This document shows positions 1 through 12,290 of a stretch of 64,000 bases of DNA, piece after piece. The DNA is taken from contig CDPCPM010000056.1 of assembly GCA_976551045.1 (NCBI GenBank), positions 21,328,001 to 21,392,000 on the forward strand, read 5' to 3'. Within the stretch, counting starts at the first letter, position 1. Each line of letters begins with the position of its first letter. The notes below the pieces were generated by a model, which was not told the DNA's origin, searched no databases, and saw nothing but the letters and a program-made list of their open reading frames with translations. Origin of the DNA: Glaucostegus cemiculus (Eukaryota). The translations under genes were made by a program, and so were the position numbers.

Positions 1-559
1 GTTTAAGGGAATTTCCATTAACAAAAGTTGCAAAAGTTACTTATCTTCCTTTCTAATTGTTCCATCCTCAGCTCTCCACTGCACTGTTGTTCTTATATAG
101 TGGAATACTGTGCCACATAAAACAATATATTATTTACCACCTGAAGTGCAGGTATGTGTTTCTTTAAGTCTAACTAAAGTCAATTAAATAACGAGCAAGT
201 TCAATCAAAAGTTAATAGCTACTCAGATTAAGGAAAACAACTCTGTTTTGACAGGAGTATCAGTTAAGACTGTGTAACATTTTGATGCAAATTATTACTT
301 TTACGCAATTTTTTTGAAATTTACAGTAGACAGTCTAGTACTTGTAGGTGATGCACTATAAATGCTCAAATATGGAAAAAATTTATACTACCAGAAGTAT
401 CGATAAATTATTTGCTCACTATGGGTACAAAGATATACTATTGCATGTCATGTGCAATACATCTGGCCACTATTTTACAGCAATCAGATATATGAAATTG
501 TTAGTATTATGAAATCACAAGAAGTCTTTTCTGCCACAAATTATGTGCATATTTTTGTA

Positions 560-1445
560 GAAACTACTGTAATTAAATTGATTCTTACATCTGTTTAGTT
601 TGTGTTTAATTTTAAGTCTTGCCTTATATTGTAACCCAGGATATACATGAAGAAATTAGAAAAATTATTCTGTGTTGCAGCAGCTTGGTAGTAGCACAAG
701 AGGGGAGCAGGTGGTAGGTAGGATGACATTGAGTGGATTGGTGGCATCAAATGGCCAATCCTCTGTTCTAATTGTGGGTTGAGAGAGAAATAAAAAAAGT
801 GAGGTAGTGTAGTGTAGAGGGTCTGGAGAGATGAGGACTGCTCCAGAATTTGCAAGCAGAAAGATATGTATGTGGAAATGACAGTGCAAACATAATATGT
901 GGTATTATGCTCTTGAGGATAACAAGAAGTGTATGCCACATGATGAGAACAGGAAGATCTGGGGTCATGATGTCTGAGAGCATTTAAACAATGCATTCTT
1001 GGAGGCCAGAGAAGCAGACGGCTCTATTTTACAAATGGCTCACAGGCACTCAGAAGACTGGAAGCTTTTGAGTATGGATACTTGGACAATGAACTACCAC
1101 GTAATTTTTTTTTGAGGGGAAGGTTAGGGCTGGAATTTAACAATATTGTATTTTTTCATAACTTGATGAGAAATGATGAAGGAAGCAAAGAACTTGTGTG
1201 AAGACAGCAGGATTTTAAGTGACAAGATGGAAGGGTCTGGAATAGGCATGCTGAATGTGAGGGAGTCAAGACGTGAGCCGGAAAGGCTAGGCACAGCAGT
1301 GGTGTAAGCAGCCTTGGGTAATGAAAGAGCACAGAATTTGGTGGCATGAAGAGCTGCTTGCTGGATGCAAGAATACTGGAAGAACATTGGAGATACTACT
1401 ATTGGGAAGAGGGCTGACAGTCTGGGAGCACTGCCAAGGATCTGC
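560..1445 (+). mobile_element. Very decayed PIF/Harbinger-like remnant
   Basis: Faint, frameshifted echoes of transposase C-terminal motifs (WIGGIKWPIL ~ WLLGDKGYPL; GLER*GLLQ…CKHN ~ CLDRSGGALQ…LHN) and a GGGCTGGAATTT terminus-like motif near 1126. Confidence 0.3.
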
Positions 1446-1564
1446 AAAAATAAATAGAAATATATTCATATCCTAATAAACATCTACAAATATTTTAAAC
1501 TAGCCTTCTGATATGGTGCAAGAAAAGAAAGACATGTTGATGTTCCAACATGCCCATCAACTAC

Positions 1565-1689
1565 CTTGTCCAGGCAGGCTTCCACATGTCTACTCATCTC
1601 CTCCACAGATCCAGAAAGCGTCTCATTGCATAACGGACATACCTGGCCATCCTCTGAGGCCTTCTTCCTCTTGTTTTTCCCTATCCGTG
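1565..1689 (-). CDS. RNF220: RNF220 coding exon, long form 125 nt, (A)RIGKNKRKKASEDGQVCPLCNETLSGSVEEMSRHVEACLDK; short form 1643-1689 (47 nt)
   Basis: Acceptor ctttcttgtcttttag|CA completes G+CA=Ala from the previous exon. Donors are CAG|gtatgt (after 1643) and AAG|gtagtt (after 1565), both phase 0. Lies within ORF 1484..1750. Contains a basic cluster (KNKRKK) and a C-x2-C-x13-H-x3-C finger. Confidence 0.93.
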
Positions 1690-1889
1690 CTAAAAGACAA
1701 GAAAGAAACGAGGGCTTACTATCAATATTCTTCAGGAAAAATATTTCCAATAACCCAAATAGAATTCAAAAATGCACAGATCTTTACAGGAGCTGATTTT
1801 TAAACAAAATGCTTACAGAACTAACCTGTTAATGAAACTAAGATCAAAGCTTAAGTCAAAATTATGTTTGGAAGAAGATGAATAAATTT

Positions 1890-2205
1890 CAGCCATCCCC
1901 AGGTAACACATGTTCCATTTCTACATATGTCCAAAAGTCAATTTTGTCCATAAATCAGAAAATACACAAAAATCACTCAATATGGTAACCACACCTCCAC
2001 AGTAATATAATGAATGGCATCAAAAACACACTTATTCTTAAGAAAGAACAATTACTAAAAGTGGAGAGAGAAAGGAAAATAGTTCTGCCATTTATAGGAA
2101 CAAATGCATGAAGGTATGTCGGACTTTTGAATTTAATACTTTGGGTACATGTTCATATGTAGGGGCTGTCCGTATGTCGGGTGTTCTTAACCCGAGGACG
2201 GCCTG
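1890..2205 (+). mobile_element. Non-autonomous DNA transposon (Tc1/mariner-Tigger-like MITE), copy 1
   Basis: Terminal inverted repeats CAGCCATCCCCAGGTAAC … TTAACCCGAGGACGGCCTG followed by TA. Body is homologous to the copies at 9629 and 49830. Confidence 0.7.
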
Positions 2206-2734
2206 TAGTCTGTTGATTGACCAGTACTCAAAGAGTCTGGTTAGCATATATCCCACCAAAAATGTTCAGTACACTACCTTCTCAGTCAACTGTACTGCCC
2301 ATATACAAAATACTTCTAATAATATCCAACTGTGTATCATGTACAGCTCTGCTACAAGGATTTCTGCAATGGTAATGTTGGTTCTGAGGATGAATGGATG
2401 AATGAGGATGGTTCTGAGGATGTGTGGTCCTCTGTTCTGCAGCAAGGCTCCATACATGGCAAATTAAATTTAGCTCACATGTACAAGGTTTTATTCAGGT
2501 TCCATGTTTTGCTCAGCGAGTTCATCCCAAAACATTTTCATTTCATATTATTCATGTAAATGGCTAATAAAATACAAAAGCTTAGCTCAGCTCCTTCTTA
2601 AAAGTTTAAAAAAAACAAAACCAGCTCTATTGCCTTTCCTCACCAAAAATACAGAATTCTTTAGCCACTAAGATATAAAGGCCACTGGAGTCATTGCATA
2701 CATTGGCTCTAGGTATATAAGTATCAACCTTTAA

Positions 2735-2835
2735 AAGTGCTGGTTTTTGGATGAGACATTAGCCTATTCACTTGGAGGCAAAAGATTCCACAAGGTGATA
2801 CTAAAAAAGAATACAGATACCCCAGATTTCTGGAA
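2735..2835 (+). mobile_element. Deu-domain SINE fragment (SacSINE1/AmnSINE1-like)
   Basis: ttggatgagacatta…ggaggcaaaagattccac resembles the Deu core ggatgagacgttaaacc…ggacgtaaaagatccc. Confidence 0.45.
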
Positions 2836-4239
2836 TGCAATTCTTTCTCAAACCATACCATTTAAAAAACATATATTGGTGATTTATCTTGAACTCACAT
2901 AAGCATGCTGCACTTATATTAGAAAGATCAATTAACCAGGACTGCATTTCAAAAAAGAAATCTGCATTTGCAAAGAGCTTTGAAGCATCTGGAAAGCATG
3001 GTGAAATGCCAAACAAAATCAAGTCTTTACTTTTATAAGATTTAGTACAACATAGATATACAGGAGATTTGAAAGCTTCAAATATTCTGAGCCAAAGCAA
3101 TCCAATCAACAGTTCAGCAAAAAAAAAGGAAATTTGACATTCATTAGTATTTAATAAAAAGATAAAAACAAAAGTTTAATGGCAGCAAATTGTCAGCATA
3201 TCAGTAATAGCACAATCTCCTGACTGCTAAATTAAGGAACCAGAAGCAGTTGAACAAGGAAACGCAATTAGATCATACAATTAGTAATATATTGCTGCCC
3301 AGTTTAATGTATTGTAAGGAGGAATATGATATTAGACTCTCTTGTGTCTAGACACCAAAATATTTTTAAACAGTGTGCATGCACAATGGAAAGGTTCAAT
3401 TTGTGTAGAAATTCCCTTTCCTCTCATCATTTGCAGGTGAATAATGGCTCAAAACAAATAGTGCAGAAAAAAATTATGCAACATAAAATATTGATCACAA
3501 TAATGCAGTATTTCATTAATTCAGATTACAATTTCACAGCTGTATAAAACATAAATCTCATTCATTTATCAAAGTTATTTTACTAGAGCCTTATATATTA
3601 GAGACACCAGATATGTCCTTAAATTTAACACAAATTTCTACTCCCATGCGATTCCTACCAATACATTGAACATATGTGTCTTCCAATGATGGTTTCACAA
3701 GGTTATGTTTAGCAAATAAGCCCAAAACAGGTACTAAGTTAGCTGATCTTTTCATGACCCAAGTTCATATTGGCAAGAGTGATATAGGTATGGAGAAGCT
3801 TAAACAACGCATAATCAGAAAACTACATGAAATGACAGAAGTACAATTACAACTTGGTCATGTTCTCTAAAAGACCGATCTTACAAAGACCTTCACGAGC
3901 TTTACATTTCAGAGACTGATCATTCTGTGAAAGAATACTTAATGTTACTGTTCTTCAAATAAATTTTGGATTAATTTCCATAAAATGAAGTAGTCAGATG
4001 ATATGGACATAAAACTAATTATTCTGGAAATAATTAATGGGCTTGGGTTTCCTGGTGTTTCCCTCTGGGGAAAGGTGAAGAGCATTTTTTTAATTTAGGG
4101 GATTATTGAACTGACGAATGGTCATTTTACTCAGATAGCAAGGGGCTGTAGCTTACAGGTGGAAATATTGTCAATGATCATTGGCTGCTTCCCCATCTGT
4201 AAATCACAAAGTTTGCCTTCAAGTTTTCCTTTAAAGGCT

Positions 4240-4400
4240 GAGGTAGATGCAAAATTCTTATGCTATTACTGAAGGATGATCAGATTGCTAATCACCTAAT
4301 AATTGTTACTGAACCGATTATTTGGTCAATATCAGATGTCTGATTATTGTTCCCTACTATATTAGAACAGTGACTTTTTGTGACATGTGTGCCATCTGTC
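4240..4400 (+). mobile_element. Deu-domain SINE fragment
   Basis: ggtagatgcaaaattcttatgctatt…cctactatattagaacagtgact resembles the Deu core and tail. Confidence 0.4.
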
Positions 4401-7400
4401 CTTAAGAAAGCAAAGCCAATATTTTATTTTTTTTTAAATCCAACAAAAAACTTGGAGCAAGTACGCAAGAGTTTGATCACTTGGGTAATACAAAATAATA
4501 AACTTAAAATATAACTGGTTATCCATGATGGTCAAGTTGCGGCACCTGAACCTTTACCACAACGCTGCAGGGAGGTCAAAGAGAAAGCTTGCACGCATTA
4601 ATGGGAAAGATACAGAAAAGCTGGAGCTTTATACAATCTTGGTTGCTTCAAATGATTGAGCTTAACTTGACATAACGTGTGACTGAGAATTGTCAGTTGT
4701 GTTAGAACTGACTGGTAATCACTTTTGTGCCTTTGTTTAGTCAAAAACAACATAAGTGTATTTCAGATTCCAGCTAGGCAGAACCTAGTTGACACTGCCT
4801 GACTCCAGATATACGCTCACAAGTTGAGCAACACCGGAAGGAATAAATGGCCTTCCACAAGCACAAAACAGATAGATAACATCATCATGTTTGATGTAAA
4901 GAAAAGCCAGAATTTCTACACAATGAAACTGCATCTGCAGAAATGCCACATTTAGTTTTCAGGGTGGTTCATGCGGCTTAGATATTACAGGTATTCCTTG
5001 ATTTGAGAATATGCTATTTGTAAATTTTTGCTTCAATACCTTTGATTCTTTGGCATGTGCCTTTGATTTACAAATCTAATTTTCACGATAACAAACAGCA
5101 AATCACTCTTACCTCCCCTTATGAATGCACTGTACCAAATGTATTTCGCTCTTTTTTTTGGCTTAACAAAACATTTTGCACAAATATAACCTTTTCATAA
5201 ATCAAAACATTTGACAGAACTCAAGGCTTCAACCAGAAAACATAACTACTGCTCATTCCTCACCAAATTCATACTTTCCTTAGTTAAAGATTTGACAAAA
5301 GGTTCACTAAAACAAATGTGATATATCAAATTTTTAAAAAATACGAACACTCAAGGTGTCTGTTCTTGCCTGTCTGAAAATTTCCTTTCAATTTATGAAA
5401 GAAATAATCTATCATGACAATTAGGGTCTTAATTTAAATAGTAATCAGACAGCAGATTAAATGTGTCGTGGTAAAAAAAACAGATTATTTCTTGAAACCA
5501 TTTCACTCGACAGTCTCATTCCAAAATTGTCCTTCCAATCCCCAGTGCCCATTGTACAAATTTATGAATTTTCTCTTCCCTTGTCCTTTTCTTCAAAAAC
5601 TGTCCTGCACATAATTAGAAATTTAACATTGCAGAACACTGCCTATTACACTGTAATTCTTTGTTCTTCCTTAACTGCAAATTGAGTGATGCTACATTAA
5701 TTTTTAGGTACAAGTAATATCAAAAGTAAAAGGAGGGGTGGGGGGGAGGTGTGAAAGCCATCTATGGCTATATGCAGATTATTCAGCTGTCTCTGACTAA
5801 ATACTAAATGAAATATCTCTGGTCTAATCGACAATGTACTCTTGAAAGGCTCAGCTGAATAGAAAAACCCAGCTCAATTACGCAGGACCTACTGGTGTAA
5901 CTACCACTGAATTCGTAATATTCCAGGCTCCAGAGAAATATTATTCTTACACTGTATTCTATGGAGTGAAAACCCAATAGTACATTTCCAAAGCAGGAAG
6001 CTATTATAATCCTGGATCAGATTTGAACTAATGATGACAGAATGGGTGAGAGAAGCGGCAACTAAACACAAAACTTTCAAACTTACAAAGAAAGTATGTA
6101 TTTTTTTTACAAAGAGAAAGAAAATTAATTTCAACATAGGAAATCCCCTTAATATGATCTCCCAAGTTTCTTGTTCATGTAACACTAGAAGGAAGACCTC
6201 ATTAGAAACAGCACTCAAGATATATTTTGGTCTCTCCCAACTCTTCTGATTTAAATGGAACAACTGAAAAGGAGCCATGATTTCAAAAGAAGGCATTTAA
6301 AAAAAAAGATCATAGATTGCTCATCAAATTGCAGGTTCAGTGGAGCTCAACTGTGGAAGAGGACTGATTTCTTCATTGCACTTATGATTTCCTAGAGCAG
6401 TCTTAGAAGACACTGACAAGTGATAGAAACCAAAACAACCCAAATATTACTGAGACAGCTTTCATTGCCATATTGAGTTTGCATTAAAGGGGAGTGCTCA
6501 GTCCTTGATTTTAACCTTTTTAAGATCTATGAATAGAACCTGTGCGGTCAATAATGGTAAAACTGTTTTGTACTTAAAATGTGCACCAGACATTTGGATT
6601 CTAAAGGCAGATAAGCAGCTTGTCATTTCAACTACCTCTTTGGTGCTCATCGCGAGAGAATCTTGAAGACCAGAGTCTATGGATCACATACCATAAACCT
6701 ATACTGATGCATAACAATATTTAATCATCAAACAACCCAAACACAATCCCAACGTTAAGAAGATGGCAAATGTGAACTAGGCCTCAGGCAACATTGCCAA
6801 GTAACTTCATCTCTACTCCTAGAATTTTAAATATTATTTGAATCAATATATACCAACTCATCGATATTCAGATATGGTTCTTTTACAAGCAGAATGTTTT
6901 TACCATAACCAAGTAGCTACTTCTAAGCTTATCTTCATCCCAACGGCAATAAGAATGAAATTGCCAGCTCCATGATTAAGCCAACAGGGAACTAATAAAA
7001 GCAGGTTAAACTTTACTTACCTGACACCCTTAGCGTATAGTACTTTCAGGAATGCTGTGTCCAAAACAGTTAAGACTGAATTAATTAGAAGTGATTACAC
7101 TATCATCATTAATTAATTATCTGGTAATCACACTCCTGTGTACTTTAAGATCTGGGTAGCACTGACAGAATCTAGCCCCAATCGGTGCCTGTCGGTGAGG
7201 TAGGCTATTCATTCAAACTGATTCATCGTGATGTTTCTGGTTCACATAATATTGTTAACTACAGCCTGGATCTAAACTATATCAAAAGACCACATTATTA
7301 ACCCCTCTATAAGTCTCTGGAGGTACTTGAGCACCACTGCCAAAGACAACAGAAAGAAAAGGACAGTTTCCTTTTCCCAGCAGTGTGTTCTGAATAAAGA

Positions 7401-9628
7401 CCAATTCTTTTTTTCTTTTTACAGTGACCTCATTGTATGTTATTGACACAGATCATTCTTCCAATTTTCCCCCTATTATTCTTCATAGCATCATACACCA
7501 TCCTTGAAACTGGAAGAATCCAGAATACTGATTATTTTTTCAACCATACAGTTCTCTTTCTGAATGAAATTTGATTCTTACAGGAGATAAGGAATAATAT
7601 TTATCCACCTCAGTGCAATGACTTTTTAAGGGGGTGACAATGGGTCAAAAACTTCCAAGACATACCAGTAGTATGCAGATTAAACTTTCTTACAGTTTCC
7701 ACTATTTGAAAAGTGCTTTTTTTGTTAAACAGGACCAGCATCTAAACTAGGTTTTTTTAAATCTTACATGTGCAACCAATGTACTAAACATTCTATATAA
7801 GTAGGCTTATTTTTCCTCAACTGAAGACAAATTGAGTTAATCTGCAAAAGAGAAATTGCTAAAAATCAAGGACAAGTTTTAAAACAGCTGCAAAGTCTTT
7901 TTTAGACAGAGACAGCACATCCTGTCCACTTTTAGTGCCAGAAAAGTCTGTGATATCAGATGCACCTCAAAAGCTCTCAGACTACATAATACTCCTAACC
8001 AATAAGCTCTATTTTTTTCTGATGAATACTATCACATAAGCCAAGCAAATTCACGTTACTTCATGTAATTCGATAGAGAATCTTTCAGGTTGTCATATGA
8101 CACTGTTTCTGGTGGAGCAGGACAAATACCTAATTTCTATATTTAACTGCTCATATGCAGTTGCCAGAATCTGCTACTAATTTAATAATGGTATCAAAGC
8201 ATCCCTATAATTTTGTATTTTCAAAATCCAGGCCTTCAGAAGTGGCAGCAAAACAGATACAAGTGAGTAGTAGTAATATGTGCAACAGTGCGACTTTTAG
8301 GGAACCAAAGCAGAATGTCAAATAGCAGCCAATTCATATTCTAGTTTTAATATATTCAGAAAAGCAGAAAATTTAAATTCTGATTGTCACGGCCTGATTA
8401 CTTCCTCAGTGAAGAGCATCATGCCAAATCATCACGTAGATAAGTTTAAGAACTACTTTGTTACAGGTCTTCAATTTTTAAATTAACCTTTTTACTAAAA
8501 TATTTAGAATCTATATAAATATAAATCACCAAAGAAATTAAATTCAAGAAAATAGATGTGATTTTCCACCTTCTATCTAATGGTTTCTACCCTGCATTAC
8601 AGTGAAATTAGTAAATCGGTGTCCAAGGAAGGACAGAATGCTACTGCAGTAGAATACCGATGCTATCCCAACTTTAATCATAATTCTTCTTAAGCACTTC
8701 TTTTAACAAGAGGCAGTGCCAGACAGACTTCTTCTTTCAGATTTTATTTTATGACTGTTATCTTCCTTCAGAACCAATATAGTTTACTAATAAATCTGAT
8801 TAATTAACCTTCTAGATCCTGCAATAGGCTATAGTAATAATAAATCAGGTAGGCTCCATTGTACTTATAAAGTTACCATTTAATGTCAGCTTTATGATGA
8901 TAATTTTGGAAGGGAGCCAAGATTGGTTAGTGTATTTATTGCAAATGAAGTGACAATTTGATTCCAAATTAACCACTTTGTTCAAACTACACTTGGCTAT
9001 CCGAAGACCAAGATTTTTAATCAAAAGAAATTCCTGAAAGTGAATAATAATTCTGAAAAAAGGCTTTCAAATTACTGTCCATCAGGTCAATTACAGCATA
9101 ATTTGCATAACACTGTCTCAACAAGTTCTTCCAAATTCATTGGCAAGATTGGGAAACCTATGTCAACTCCTCTCCCAGGCCAGCATTTCTGATCATCCTG
9201 AACCAGCTCTGATGGGCAGTCTACTTTGTCCATGTGCCTGATACCATGTGCCTGACACCGTACTGGAGAGAATGAACTCAAAGCTTTCACACACAAAAAC
9301 CATGGACTCAGTTACCAGATACAAGAAAAAAAATCCTCTGCTTTTTGTATCACTGAATGCTCCAGAGAGATCATAACAGCAAAAGACAAAGTAGGGAAAG
9401 ATGAAAAGGTCAGAAGGTGGATTCTGAAAAGATGGTTCAGAAACTTTTCAGAGATGTGGAATTTCAACCTAAAGGTTAGGATGGAGAAGTTGAGGCCCCT
9501 CACCTTGGAGTAAAGAAGGTCAAGAGAAGATTTGACAGAGATACACAAGTTGCAATTGGAGCAAAGAAAGAAATGGGGTCCCAATTATGGATAATTTAAT
9601 GTCCACAGGACACAAATTTAAACCAATG

Positions 9629-10185
9629 CAGGCCGTCCCAGGTAACGAATGGGTTCCATTTTCACTGACATTTTTTCCATAATTCAAAAAATGCATAAAA
9701 ACCTCTCTATATTATAACCAAACCTCCAATGTATTGTAATAAATGGCATCAAAAACACATAACAAAAACAATTATTAAAAAATGAAGAAAGGAAACTAAT
9801 TCTGGCGTTCATAGGTATGTATGCACGTCAGAACTTTGAATTTAATAATATCACAGGAGCTTGTTCCTATGTCCAGGTATCCATAAGTTGGATGTTCGTA
9901 ACTATCGGGCGGCACGATAGCATAGCGGTTAACGCGAAGCTGTTACAGCGCCAGCGATCGGGGTTCGATTCCTGTCGCTGTCTGTAAGGAGTTTGTACAT
10001 TCTCCCGTCTGCATGGGTTTCCTCCGGGTGCTCCGGTTTCCTCCCACATTCTAAAAGACGTATGGGTAGGTTAATTTGGGGGTTTAAAATGGGCGGTGTG
10101 GACTTGGAGGGCCGAAAGGGCCTGTTACCACGCTGTAAAAAGGTAAAAGTTAAAAAAAAGTAAAAGTAAACCCAGGGATAGCCTG
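9629..10185 (+). mobile_element. Tigger-like MITE, copy 2, interrupted by a V-SINE
   Basis: Starts CAGGCCGTCCCAGGTAAC and ends AACCCAGGGATAGCCTG. Collinear with 1890-2205. Confidence 0.75.
9907..10166 (+). mobile_element. Young tRNA-derived V-SINE
   Basis: tRNA-like head with B box GGTTCGATTCC, central V-domain gggtttcctccgggtgctccggtttcctcccaca, CR1-like tail gggccgaaagggcctgtt and A-rich end. Many CpGs are retained. Confidence 0.9.
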
Positions 10186-10952
10186 CAGGTAAAAGGCATG
10201 GGGAGGGGTTGGAATGCAAGTGATTTTTTTCATTCTCAGGGTGGTTATGATTTGTAATTCAATGCCTGTCAAGGAGGTGGAAACAAAAATGTCAAAATCA
10301 GGGGTTTTGATAGGGGCCTAGTTAAGTACTTGAGGTAAAAAAGCTGGGATACAAAAAAAAAGAGAAAGGGAATGGGAATGTTTATATTGTTCTACAAGAA
10401 TTGATACGGCCATGGTGGACTGCGTGGACTTGGATAATTCTGCAAGGTTAAGAAATTGCAAATCTATTGTATTGGAGGTTACAGTGGAGCTTGGAAAAGA
10501 AACAATATTCTAATCACCAAAATGCCAGAATATCGGCTCAAACCTTCCACTGGACAGACCAGATTTTCCATAATATCTGTAATTTCAGTCTAACAATCTC
10601 ACAGCAAAAGCGTATTGCTTAACCAGTCACTACAAAACAGACAAGACAGAGATTTTACAGGATGTTCTGATGCCCATTTTATGCTTCCTAACAAAATGAT
10701 GTATGGACAAGTACAATTTAAAACTATTGCATTTTGATTTCAGTTCTAGTAACTAATCATTTTGCAAAGCAAAAATAAAATCTTGACCTATACTCTCAGA
10801 CATCCAGGAGTCAAACAGAACCTTTCAGGAGTCAAAACTATTGGCAGACAGTGAAAATATTCTTGTTGATTGGAACTGGTACAGATCTGCATCAAAGGAC
10901 TTAAACTCCACACAGTACTCTCTTACCCCCTTGCTGAAATTTCACAAGCAAA

Positions 10953-11043
10953 TTCTTTAATTTGGGCTTCATTATTGCTGAAGTGTTCTTCCCTCCAAAA
11001 AAGGGAAGAACACTTCAGCAATAACAAAGCCCAAATTAAAGAA
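10953..11043. repeat. Near-perfect inverted repeat: 42-bp arms, 7-nt loop
   Basis: Arm 10953-10994 equals the reverse complement of 11002-11043 at 40/42 positions. Confidence 0.95.
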
Positions 11044-12229
11044 GTTAAAAGTTAACACCAAGATGTAAATTACAACTGAGAATTTATGGATGAAGTGGAC
11101 TAATAATAAATGTAATTGGATTACATTACTTTTCCAATATCATGACCATTGTCATTACCTGTACTTTTCCAATACCTTCTGCATTCTGTTATGCATAAGC
11201 TGCACTGAGATAGATAAAGAGGATTTTCAAGCTCATCTGGGATCTTATGTCTTAAACTGAAGACTTCAGTTTCAAATTATGAAAGGTGTTATTAACACCA
11301 AACTTGTAAAATGCACACTTAATGGTGGGTAGTAGAACTCCTTAAAAATAAAACAACTGTAAATGTTTCACAAGGATGTTGCTTGCTCCTCCAAAAGGGT
11401 ACTAAAGATGCCGGTGAAACTTTATTACAATAGGATGATTATCTGACCTAGGTACGCCTCTTGTGCAGTTATCTCCTTGAGTGAGCATTGCTTACCCAAA
11501 TGGAAAGTGATCGAAGTCAAGCTACATTTATGTTTTATGCTACATTTATGTTTTGGTTAGGAGACTGCCATGGGAAACTTTAATCTATTTAAGAAACCGT
11601 GCAGACCTTATTGGAAAATTTACACTACATGTGCGAAGTGCTTTTTAGCTTAACACCAATGCTAAACATATCACAAAGTATATTAAGCTTTATTAGTAAA
11701 TTTTACATGGAGTTGAACCTTATTTATGCTAAGTCACATCTGTGATAAATGAATTTTAAAATGTCAAAATTACACTGGAATGGTAATGTATTTATTCTGG
11801 CTTTTCATCATCTTAAACCAGGTCAGTATCATACTCTAGGAACAATGAATGTTCAAAGAGTGATTTCAAGAGGATAAAAACTAATATATACCACCAAAAA
11901 TGAAGCAGCTCATCAATTTTTAAACAACATGTATGTATGCACTTCAAGCTTTTGGAGACAATGCTCAGCAATCCCATGTGAAAGATACTGTTGCATTTAA
12001 TTGGATAAATTCTGATTAGGGTCAAGTTAATGGCCACAACAGAGATTCCATATTGACACACCTGACTGAACACAGAAAATGGCCTTTTAATATGCAAAAT
12101 ATACAGACTGACAAAGTCACTTTGCCTTCAGATGGAGGATAAGAAGTCTCATCTGTTAATCTCCTTGGAACAAGCGATGGAAGTTAACACCACATGTATG
12201 GAGAAACAACTACAGCTAGTAGGGTGCAG

Positions 12230-12290
12230 TCACAAGATCACAAGATAATGGAGCAGAAGCAGGCCAGTCGGCCCATCGAGTCTGCTCCAA
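12230..12290 (-). mobile_element. CR1 3' terminal fragment
   Basis: cacaagatcacaagat short tandem tail followed by ggagcagaagcaggccagtcggcccatcgagtctgctcc. Confidence 0.6.

Larger units (their letters stand above)
9330..10440 (+). mobile_element. CR1 LINE 3' remnant interrupted by a MITE at 9629-10185
   Basis: …ttggagtaaagaaggtcaagagaagatttgacagag…ggacacaaatttaa resumes after the MITE as …tttttttcattctcagggtggttatgatttgtaattcaatgcctg (GHKF…FF.QRVV..WN.LP region). Confidence 0.7.

Noticed and set aside
35-90. Minus-strand QWRAEDGTIRKEDK as the next RNF220 exon (…AEDDAVDIE…)
   Set aside because: Only AED matches. It runs into TAA and lacks the FEEYEW motif, so the true exon probably lies beyond the window's left edge.
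9907-9980. tRNA gene
   Set aside because: The A/B-box head runs directly into a V-domain and LINE-like tail, so it is a SINE head. ORFs 9867..10049 and 9929..10219 are antisense SINE translations.
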